From assembly GCA_944372245.1 (NCBI GenBank), contig CALVYN010000004.1, positions 1-51,069 of the forward strand: 51,069 bases of DNA, read 5' to 3'. Under the pieces are notes generated by a model. That model did no database searches and was not told where the DNA came from. It saw only the letters and a program-made list of their open reading frames with translations. This document shows positions 18,556 to 29,034 of this stretch, piece by piece. A program made the position numbers and the translations under genes. How positions within the stretch are numbered: position 1 is the stretch's first letter; each line of letters opens with the position of its first letter. Origin of the DNA: an uncultured Bacilli bacterium. Its GTDB lineage: Bacteria > Bacillota_I > Bacilli_A > RFN20 > CAG-288.

Positions 18556-20370
18556 TTACTCCTTCAGAGTGGTCACATCGACGGTGAAGGGGAGGTTCTG
18601 ACCGCCGTTATAGGTGTAGCTGCCGTTGAAGAACTGCATGGCGAAGCCGGCGATGGAGAAGGGCTCGGTCGCGGGGGTGAACAGGGTGTCCTCGGTCATG
18701 GGCTGACCCATCTCGAAGGTGTTCACCCGGGTCGCTTCCAGAAGGCGGAGCTGGTCGAAGCTGTTGAAGCTGATACCCAGCTGCATGCCCAGGCTGGAGT
18801 CGACATCGATGTTGCCGGTGCCGACGGCGTTGGTGATGGGCATGAAGATGGCCTGGTTATTCTCCAGCTGCTCGCCCTCCCAGATGTAGTCCTGGTTGTT
18901 GAACAGGATGTTCTGCTGGCCGGTGATGGTCTCCTGGATCGTGCACTTGAAGATGCGGGAGTCGACGTGGTAGATGCGCACGCCGGTCGCCTCGGGGCCG
19001 GACTGGCGGGCGTTGAGGATATCCTCGCCGATGTCTCTCCCGTTCAGCCCATCGGGGGTGTACAGGTCGATCATGATGTACTCGCTGAAGGGGTTGAACT
19101 CGATCTTGATCTCGTCGGGGTCGTAGCCGTCGTCCAGCTGGGCCTTGACCTGGTCGTTGATCTCCTCGTAGTTCGCGGGGATGACGATGACCTGATGGTC
19201 GTTGACCTGGCTGCCCTGGAGGAGGATCTGGGAGGGACCATAGGCCACGTAGGGGGTGACCCAGCCCAGGACCATCTTGGAGTAGGAGTCCAGGTCGCCG
19301 ACGTTCTGGTCCATCATCGTGAACTGGCCCGCGGGGCGGTAGGTCGCCGAGTCGGTGGCGTAGTAGTCCTCCAGACCCAGGAGGTGTCCGGTCTCGTGGA
19401 TGAAGGTGTGGGAGTCGACGGGAATCGAGGCATAGTCATCCAGATCGGGCACATCGTTGGGCAGCATCTCGCAGTAGCCGGTGTAGAGGGAGGAGAAGGA
19501 GGCCCAGGAGAAGGCCGAGGTGCCGTGGCCCCACTCGATCTGCTCCTGGATGTCCTCCTTGGACTTGTAGGAGTCGTAGTCCCAGGAGGTCATGTTCCAC
19601 CAGGTGTTGTCGATGTCGCTGGTCCCGTCGATCGCGTTCTGGGAGTAGGTGTCCAGCTTGTCGTAGACCAGCCAGATGCCATCGATGTAGCCGTCGGCAT
19701 CGTAGTCGTAGTTATCGAGATCGATGCCCTGAGTATCGACCGCCCAGCCGACCGCGGCGCGCAGGATCTCCTGAATCCCCGCGTTGCGATTGGCGGAGAG
19801 CTGCTCGGTGGACTGGATCGAGGTGTGGGCCGCCACGTCGAACCAGTCGGTGACCTCGCCGCAGAAGTTCAGCTTCCCGAAGGAGGCCTGGCGGTAGTAC
19901 TCCGCGAGGGAGGGATATCCCAGGCGGGCATCGTTCTCGTCGCCGAAGAAGGCGCTCTCGATATCCTGGCGCACCTGCTCGGTGTTATTGGTCTCGCCGG
20001 GCAGGTGGACGGGGATGACAAGCAGGTTGACGTCGCCGATGGAGGGGCAGACGGTCTGGTTGTTGCTGAGGGTGCCAGACAGGGTCTGGTAGGACAGGTT
20101 CACGCTGACGTTGCGAGGGGCGATGTAGCACTCGTCCAGCGCGCTGTCCTCGCTGCGGAAGATGCGGACGGTGGCCGTGCCGTCATCCTCGGCGGTGATT
20201 ACGGGCGCCTCGCCGGTGCTCGAGGAGCTGGACGAGCTGGATGATGAGGAGCTGTCCACCGGGGTGGAGCTGCTGTCGGAGCTGGAGGATCCTTCTCCAG
20301 GGTTGCCCTGACAGCCGACCTGGATCAGGCCGATGGTCGAGAGCAGGAGTGGAAGCAGATTCTTTCTCAT
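18556..20370 (-). CDS. M6 family (immune inhibitor A-like) zinc metalloprotease lipoprotein, paralogue
   Basis: Lipobox IQVG-C, poly-Ser linker, PSIGDVNLLVIPV, SLAEYYRQASFG, DYDADGYIDG, HETGHLLGLEDYY, TMMD. RBS AAGGAG. Confidence 0.9.
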   Translation of the reverse strand: MRKNLLPLLLSTIGLIQVGCQGNPGEGSSSSDSSSTPVDSSSSSSSSSSSSTGEAPVITAEDDGTATVRIFRSEDSALDECYIAPRNVSVNLSYQTLSGTLSNNQTVCPSIGDVNLLVIPVHLPGETNNTEQVRQDIESAFFGDENDARLGYPSLAEYYRQASFGKLNFCGEVTDWFDVAAHTSIQSTEQLSANRNAGIQEILRAAVGWAVDTQGIDLDNYDYDADGYIDGIWLVYDKLDTYSQNAIDGTSDIDNTWWNMTSWDYDSYKSKEDIQEQIEWGHGTSAFSWASFSSLYTGYCEMLPNDVPDLDDYASIPVDSHTFIHETGHLLGLEDYYATDSATYRPAGQFTMMDQNVGDLDSYSKMVLGWVTPYVAYGPSQILLQGSQVNDHQVIVIPANYEEINDQVKAQLDDGYDPDEIKIEFNPFSEYIMIDLYTPDGLNGRDIGEDILNARQSGPEATGVRIYHVDSRIFKCTIQETITGQQNILFNNQDYIWEGEQLENNQAIFMPITNAVGTGNIDVDSSLGMQLGISFNSFDQLRLLEATRVNTFEMGQPMTEDTLFTPATEPFSIAGFAMQFFNGSYTYNGGQNLPFTVDVTTLKE

Positions 20371-20504
20371 ATCTATCTCCTTGACTTAAAAAAGGGATTT
20401 GCACGCGATTCGGGCCTGAGTTGAGCGCAGTGGGTCCCCAGCGCTTCGCCTCAGCTTTCCCAGTGTGGAAAAAAACATAAATTCCGAATCGGACAAGAAT
20501 ATAA

Positions 20505-20537
20505 ATAAAGAAGGGATGGGTTTCAAACCCCATCCCT
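20505..20537 (-). terminator. Terminator downstream of mscS
   Basis: Minus strand GGGATGGG-loop-CCCATCCC followed by TTCTTTATTT. Confidence 0.7.
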
Positions 20538-20561
20538 CGGTATACGGTTTCAAAGATGCTA

Positions 20562-21575
20562 TCAATCCTTCTTCGCGCCGTCCATCTCGGCCTGGATCCG
20601 GTCGGCAGCCAGGGCGCGGTCGTCGGCGATGTGGACATCGATATCGCCCCGGCCGACAGTGATACCGACCTTCTTGAGCTCGACCACGACCGCCTCGTTG
20701 AGCTCCCAGCCCAGGTTCCAGTAGCTCTCGCTCTTGGTGTAGGCGCGGATCTGCAGGGCCATCGAGCGGTCCTGGATGCCGGTGACCAGCAGAACGGGCT
20801 CGGGGTCGGGTAGGGTGCGGGGATTGGCCTTGGCCGCATCCAGCACGGTCTTTCTGACCAGCTCCATGTCGGCGGTGGTGGGCACGGTGAAGTTGACCCT
20901 AGCCACCATCACGGGCACGGCGGAGGTGTTGATGACGGAGCCCTTGCCGATGATGTTGTTGGGGATGAAGACTCTTTCCTTGGGGACGGTGATCAGGACG
21001 GTGGTCAACAGGTTGACCTTCTCCACCGTGCCCTCCGTCCCATCCTTGAGCATGATGTAGTCACCGATCTGGAACTCGTGGGTGGTGAGGATGATGACGC
21101 CGTAGGCGAAGGAGGAGATGACGTCCTGCAGTGACAGGGAGATGCCGGCGACCGCACCGGCGAGGATGGTGCCAAGACCGGTGAAGTCCAGGCCGAACAT
21201 CGCCAGGATGATGACGAAGACCGCGATGTATAAGCAGGTTCTAATCAGGGCCTGGACGAAATAGATGATGCTGACGTTGACCGGCCCGCGAGGCTTCTTT
21301 CCCTTGGCTTCCAACTTCTTGTTGACGGCCTTGGTGCGCGAGAGGCCCTTATAGATTAACCAGTTGATCAGCTTGACCAGATAGTGGCAGAGGATGATAA
21401 GGAGAATCGCCAGGACAATCTTGATCGCCACATCCGCCAGATTGGCCGGCGAGAAGAAGGACTTGATCGACTCCCAGAGCTGAGCGAACCACTCGCTGGC
21501 GTTGGCCGGGGGCTGCCCGGTTACACCGGACGAGGTTCCGACAGAGGAAGTCGCATCGGCTAGAAATTGGAACAT
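20562..21575 (-). CDS. mscS: Small-conductance mechanosensitive channel
   Basis: TM helices followed by GISLSLQDVISSFAYGVIILTTHEFQIGDYI...GTVEKVNLLTT...IPNN, the MscS TM3/beta-domain signature. RBS GGAGG. Confidence 0.92.
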   Translation of the reverse strand: MFQFLADATSSVGTSSGVTGQPPANASEWFAQLWESIKSFFSPANLADVAIKIVLAILLIILCHYLVKLINWLIYKGLSRTKAVNKKLEAKGKKPRGPVNVSIIYFVQALIRTCLYIAVFVIILAMFGLDFTGLGTILAGAVAGISLSLQDVISSFAYGVIILTTHEFQIGDYIMLKDGTEGTVEKVNLLTTVLITVPKERVFIPNNIIGKGSVINTSAVPVMVARVNFTVPTTADMELVRKTVLDAAKANPRTLPDPEPVLLVTGIQDRSMALQIRAYTKSESYWNLGWELNEAVVVELKKVGITVGRGDIDVHIADDRALAADRIQAEMDGAKKD

Positions 21576-21753
21576 CTATCTACCTCCATCGTTTCACTGA
21601 GATTAATTATAGGGATAAAGGGCTTCTCTCACATCTTTTCGAGATGGAGACGGAGTTATGGGAGTGAGAAGCTGATGGGAAAAGCGGAGAGTCTCTTTAA
21701 AACATTTGTGTTTGCATAAAAGTTGCTTATAAGCAAAACAAATCTTTTAATGC

Positions 21754-22053
21754 TTAATTTCCGAGCATAAATGCTTCCACCAGCAAGAGTGTGAAGCAGA
21801 TTGCACTGACGGCTAGAAGGATTCCCAAAACCCATCCCCGAGACTTGTCCTTCGTCTTCCAGCTGATGACTCCGAGGCAGATGCCATAGATCAGGCAGAG
21901 GATTCCGATGGCGTGGATGGGAATCAGAGCGGCAGCCAGAGGAGTCGACTGACCCTTGAGAGCGGCGGCGATGGGGACGGCAGCAATCGAGGTGGCGAGC
22001 TGGATGGCCTCGGCGATGATCGTCTTTACCGTATAGCCGAGAGGTTTAGCCAT
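21754..22053 (-). CDS. Small membrane protein (99 aa, ~3 TM) at the end of the mevalonate operon
   Basis: Start placed at MAKPLGY (ATG 22053, GGAG upstream), overlapping the fni stop by 8 nt; three hydrophobic segments. Confidence 0.65.
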   Translation of the reverse strand: MAKPLGYTVKTIIAEAIQLATSIAAVPIAAALKGQSTPLAAALIPIHAIGILCLIYGICLGVISWKTKDKSRGWVLGILLAVSAICFTLLLVEAFMLGN

Positions 22054-23083
22054 GGCGGACGCTCCGCTGCTCAGCGAACTCTCTGAGCTTGCCGTGCAGG
22101 ACATATTCGACCTTCTTTGCATCGTTGATTCTCTGGCAGCCGAAGAGGCAGAGGAGGACTCTGAGCTCCTCGATGAAGCGGGCTAGATAGGCTCTGCAGC
22201 CCTCCTCGCCTTCCTGCTTTAGAACCTTCAGGACGCTGCCTGCCATCCCGACGAGGTTGGCTCCTCCCACGAGGCACTTGAGGGTATCCAAGGGAGTGCG
22301 GATGCCGCCGGAGGCGATGATGTTGATACCCTTGATACCCCTGAGGTCCATCAGCGACTCGGCGGTGGTCAGACCGAGGTCAGCCAGGGTGGAGAGATGA
22401 TTGTCATTCCCACCGCGCTCGAGCTCGATCTGTGCGAAGTTCGTGCCGCCCTTTCCTCCGATATCGAAGGTGTCGACACCGATCTCAACGAGCCTCTGGA
22501 CCGAGCGGCGGTCGAGGCCGAATCCCACCTCCTTGACGATGATGGGGCAGGGGCAGGACATCCGGATGTTCCCGATGTGCTCGAGCCAGGTCAGGTCCCT
22601 GTCACCCTCGGCCATCGCCATCTCCTGGACGGCGTTGAGGTGAATCTGGAGGGCATCGGCCCGCATGCCTTTAACCGTCTTTCTGATGGCTCGCACCGGA
22701 GTGGTGGGCGAGCAGTTGGCGAACAGAAGTCCTTTTCTATTCACCTTGCGCGCGATGGTGAACGAGCTGAGGGACTCAGGGCTCTTTTCGACAATCGAAC
22801 AGGACCCGAGAGCTAGGCCGATTCCCAGGTCCCTAGCAATCCTGGAGAGTGCCTCATTGATCTTGGCAGCCTCATCCGTGCCCCCAGTCATCGCCTCGAT
22901 GAGGATGGGGGCCTTCAATTCGTGCGCGAGAAAGCTCGTGCTCAGGTCGACCTGGCTGAGCTTGGTCTCGGGCAGGGCCGGACGGATCAGCTCCATCTCG
23001 TCGAAGCCGTTATCTCCGTCGGTCTGTTTCATGGCGAGCTCTAGGTGCTCGCGCTTGCGCTTGGCTCTCTCTTCGTCTGCCAT
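22046..23083 (-). CDS. fni: Type 2 isopentenyl-diphosphate delta-isomerase (FMN-dependent)
   Basis: RKREHL, EAMTGG, QIHLNAVQE, VKEVGFG, GKGGTNFAQIE, ASGGIRTPLD. Start moved to MADEERAKRK (23083). Confidence 0.95.
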   Translation of the reverse strand: MADEERAKRKREHLELAMKQTDGDNGFDEMELIRPALPETKLSQVDLSTSFLAHELKAPILIEAMTGGTDEAAKINEALSRIARDLGIGLALGSCSIVEKSPESLSSFTIARKVNRKGLLFANCSPTTPVRAIRKTVKGMRADALQIHLNAVQEMAMAEGDRDLTWLEHIGNIRMSCPCPIIVKEVGFGLDRRSVQRLVEIGVDTFDIGGKGGTNFAQIELERGGNDNHLSTLADLGLTTAESLMDLRGIKGINIIASGGIRTPLDTLKCLVGGANLVGMAGSVLKVLKQEGEEGCRAYLARFIEELRVLLCLFGCQRINDAKKVEYVLHGKLREFAEQRSVRHG

Positions 23084-23087
23084 AAAC

Positions 23088-24098
23088 CTAGATATTGAAC
23101 TTGGCAGGAGCAAACTCCAGCCTCAGGGGCTCGATGCCCGCCTTCTCCCACTCGGCGCAGACCGCCTCGATCTGCTCCTGGCTGTCGCAGATGGCATAGC
23201 CGCAGTCGCCACCCCAGGAGCCAGAGGGCTTGGCGGTGGCGCCGTAGCGCTCGGCCAGCTTGACCAGCTTGTTCAGCTTCTTGGTGTAGAGCGACATCTC
23301 GGCCGCGTTGGAGAAGGCTCTGACGGCATCGCGCGAGAGGCGGATCGCCTCGCAGATCCGGGCGGAATCGCCGCGGTCCAGCGCCTTTCTAAACATCGAT
23401 GCAGCCTGATTGGAAGCATCGATAAAAGTTTGGAACTCTTTCTTTTTCTTAGTTTTAGCAACTTTAAACTTCTTCACTAAAGATGATGTTGAGGCCTCCT
23501 CCCTGGTCCAGCCTAGAAGCAGGTGGAGGTTAGCCGGCCAGGGGTAGCGGGTCGCAGTGACGGTGGGCCATCTCGACTCCACCAGGGCTCTGACCGGGGT
23601 GGTGGCGATGTGGCTGCCCAGCCAGTCGGAGTCGATGGGGCTGTACTCGAAGAAGCCGCCGCAGGCTGCAGCCGCCACGTCTCCGAAGGAGCCATCGGGC
23701 TGAATGTTGGCCTCGGCGATGGAGGCCAGGCGGTAGAGCAGGCTGACCGATGGCTCGATGCTGTGAGCCTTCAAGATGGCGTGGACCACCGCGGCGCAGA
23801 TGGCGCCGGAGGAGCCCAGGCCGATCTTGTGGCCCTCGGCATCGACCAGGCCGTTGACCAGGCTGATGCTCCCCTCTTTGAAGGGGATGTTGCCCTCGGT
23901 GACATAGGCCCTGGCGGTGGCGATGGCCGAGCTGACTAGTTCGCCCTCGGGCTCGCCCTTCTCACCCAGGCGATAGGTCGCCTCGACGCCGCGGTCGAGG
24001 GCGGCGATGAAAGCGGGGCAGCCCTCCAGCACGGAGTACTCTCCAATCAGAAAGATCTTTCCGGGGGCTGAGGCTTTGAATTCTCTCTCGTCAGGCAT
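23088..24098 (-). CDS. mvaK2: Phosphomevalonate kinase (GHMP family)
   Basis: APGKIFLIGEYSVL, KIGLGSSGA, GSFGDVAA, KPSGSWGGDCG; lies between mvaD and fni. Confidence 0.93.
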   Translation of the reverse strand: MPDEREFKASAPGKIFLIGEYSVLEGCPAFIAALDRGVEATYRLGEKGEPEGELVSSAIATARAYVTEGNIPFKEGSISLVNGLVDAEGHKIGLGSSGAICAAVVHAILKAHSIEPSVSLLYRLASIAEANIQPDGSFGDVAAAACGGFFEYSPIDSDWLGSHIATTPVRALVESRWPTVTATRYPWPANLHLLLGWTREEASTSSLVKKFKVAKTKKKKEFQTFIDASNQAASMFRKALDRGDSARICEAIRLSRDAVRAFSNAAEMSLYTKKLNKLVKLAERYGATAKPSGSWGGDCGYAICDSQEQIEAVCAEWEKAGIEPLRLEFAPAKFNI

Positions 24099-25047
24099 GT
24101 CTCACCTCCAATCCTGGACCGGGTCCAGCGATGATCGTCTCGACGTCGAATCGGCTGTGCACCCGCTGCGCTATCAGCGGGGCGAACTGCTCCTGGGTGA
24201 TGAGGAAGGCGTTGGCGCCCGCGTCGTTGGTGTACCAGCAGGCGATGCCCTCCTCCCGCAGCTGCTTGGCCAGCTCGCAGATCATCTCCGTCTTCTCCCT
24301 GGGGTAGATCAGGGGAGGTCTAGCCGTCTGATTGACCCGGTTCATTGCCAGGGTATTTCTCTCGGTGATGTCGCCCAGGGTGCTGAGGTCACCGAGCCTC
24401 AGGGCGGTGCAGGCCTCCTTGAAATCCCGGTGGCACTGGTAGATGAAATCCTCGTACAGGGGCGAGGACTGCGCCATCCTCATACCCAGGCGGGAGGGGA
24501 TGGACTTGAACTCGCGGCTGACCAGGCAGATGACCACGCTGATATCCTCCAGCAGGGGGCTTTCCAGAGGTTGGGCCACAGAGGTCTGATCGTCACCCTC
24601 GACCCAGGCGGCAAAGCCTTCGTAAACGCTCCGGCAGGCCGAACCCGAGCCGTGCCTTGCCAGCCTGGAGATTGCTGGCAGGGAGAGGTTCTTCCCGCTG
24701 AGGCCGACCAGTGCCCCGGCCATGGCGGCGCAGCTGGAGGCCGAGGAGGCCAGACCTGCTGCCTGGGGGAAGTGGTTGACCGACCGGACGATGACCCCAC
24801 TTTCAAGGCCCAGCTCCGCCTTCAAAAAGCGTAGATAGTTGAGGTCCCGCTCGCTCTCGGTCTTCTCTCCATCGATAAAGACCGCATCCTCCCCGGTGGT
24901 GCTGCCCTCCGCCACGCAGGTGGTGCTCAGGGCATCGAGAGTCAGAGAGAGGCTGGGGCTCCTAGGCAGGATGAGATCCTCATCGCTCTTGCCCCAGTAT
25001 TTGACCAGGGCGAGGTTGGCGTGTGCGCTGGCCAGGCTCAGGTTCAC
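24091..25047 (-). CDS. mvaD: Diphosphomevalonate decarboxylase
   Basis: ANLALVKYWGK, PQAAGLASSAS, ARHGSGSACRS, DAGAN. GTG 25047 is preferred as start (GGAGGG RBS, GTGA overlap with the mvk stop). Confidence 0.94.
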   Translation of the reverse strand: MNLSLASAHANLALVKYWGKSDEDLILPRSPSLSLTLDALSTTCVAEGSTTGEDAVFIDGEKTESERDLNYLRFLKAELGLESGVIVRSVNHFPQAAGLASSASSCAAMAGALVGLSGKNLSLPAISRLARHGSGSACRSVYEGFAAWVEGDDQTSVAQPLESPLLEDISVVICLVSREFKSIPSRLGMRMAQSSPLYEDFIYQCHRDFKEACTALRLGDLSTLGDITERNTLAMNRVNQTARPPLIYPREKTEMICELAKQLREEGIACWYTNDAGANAFLITQEQFAPLIAQRVHSRFDVETIIAGPGPGLEVRHA

Positions 25048-26054
25048 AGATCGACCCTCCACGCGTCCCTGCCCAGAATCTTGAGCTGAGCGATGGCTCT
25101 CTCGGCCGTCTGCTCGTCACTGTAGAGACCGATGGCGATGCCGCCACAGCCGCCGCCGGAGAGCTTGGCGCCCAGGGCACCGGTGCTATGCATGCTGTCG
25201 ATCAGCTGATCCAGCTCGGGCGTGGAGAGCCCCAGCGAGGCCAGGTGGGTCTGGGCCTCATCCATGAGGGCGCCGATCCTTCTAGCTTCCTCGCGCAGCC
25301 AGATCCTTCGCGCCTCCTCCGCCAGGCGGCTCAGGGCGGTCATGGCCGCCACGGCCGCCTGGTCGTTCCTATCGAGGCGCTGCCTGACCTTGACGATGGC
25401 ATCCTTGGTGTTCTTGTCCTTTCCCGTGTCGGCGATGACGAGGCTGAGGCCGAGGCTCGGGAGGGGCAGACCCAGCGTCTCCGCCAGGACCAGAGAGTCG
25501 AAGGTCCGCTCGTCCGCCACGGAGAACTCCTGGCGGCTGGCCCGGTGGAAGAAGCGGGTGACCGAGGAGCAGACGCCGCACTGATCCAGGCCCGAGGCCG
25601 AGCCGTGGACCGCGTCCTCGCAGGCGCGGACAATCGTAAAAATCTGGCTCCGGGGAACCGGGTTGGTAAGCTTTGAATCACACAGGCACTCCGCATTTCT
25701 AAACATGTTGTGGAGCGCGTTGGTCATCGCCTGGGCCACCGCAGCGGAGGAGCCTAACCCCCTCGAGGTCGGAATGTTGGATTCGGTGGAGAGGGAGATC
25801 GAGTAGCCCTCGGGGCAGGGAAAGTGGCTCAGGGCGGTGTACACCCCGGGATAGAAGCGCGCCAGCTCCTCGAGGCCGACCCGGCGCTGGGACATGACAA
25901 ACTCGGCGGGCGTGCCCCCGTTGAAGGTCGCCGTGGCGGTGACCCTCAGCTGGGGCACGGGCACGACGATGGCTGAGCCGCCGTAGACGATCGAGTGCTC
26001 TCCGAAGAGGATCGCCTTGGCGTGAGCGGTATAGCTGGCAGATGTGATTTCCAT
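25044..26054 (-). CDS. mvk: Mevalonate kinase
   Basis: AKAILFGEHSIVYG, PTSRGLGSSAA, HGSASGLD, KLSGGGCGG. Start uncertain (26054 or 26078). Confidence 0.92.
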   Translation of the reverse strand: MEITSASYTAHAKAILFGEHSIVYGGSAIVVPVPQLRVTATATFNGGTPAEFVMSQRRVGLEELARFYPGVYTALSHFPCPEGYSISLSTESNIPTSRGLGSSAAVAQAMTNALHNMFRNAECLCDSKLTNPVPRSQIFTIVRACEDAVHGSASGLDQCGVCSSVTRFFHRASRQEFSVADERTFDSLVLAETLGLPLPSLGLSLVIADTGKDKNTKDAIVKVRQRLDRNDQAAVAAMTALSRLAEEARRIWLREEARRIGALMDEAQTHLASLGLSTPELDQLIDSMHSTGALGAKLSGGGCGGIAIGLYSDEQTAERAIAQLKILGRDAWRVDL

Positions 26055-26088
26055 ACGCGGATATTTTAATCCATACATCGAAGGATAG

Positions 26089-26119
26089 AAAAAGCGCCCG
26101 GCGCGAGGCGCGGGCGCTT
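26089..26119 (-). terminator. Terminator downstream of ppdK
   Basis: AAGCGCCCG-loop-CGGGCGCTT with a minus-strand T-run. Confidence 0.75.
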
Positions 26120-26144
26120 CTTCTATCAGCGGATGGCGAGAGGA

Positions 26145-28910
<2,766 letters not shown>

Positions 28911-28979
28911 TTGATCCTCCTGATGAATCAGCTGTTTACCTACAACAAGCAAAACAAAACTCGCCGTAAGCGCACGCAA

Positions 28980-28988
28980 AGTATAGCA
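28980..28988 (-). promoter_or_regulatory. Extended -10 promoter element for ppdK
   Basis: Minus strand TGcTATACT, ~70 nt upstream of the ppdK start. Confidence 0.5.
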
Positions 28989-29034
28989 CGCGCGGGCGAG
29001 CTTCTCTCTAGGTTGCTAGCGTTGTCTTACAGCC

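Noticed and set aside
20395-20470. c-di-AMP (ydaO) riboswitch, suggested by GGGGACCCA and GCCCGAATC on the minus strand
   Set aside because: Too short, and it lacks the other conserved ydaO blocks (GGGGTGAATC, CAGCTAAC). Kept only as an unassigned structured leader.
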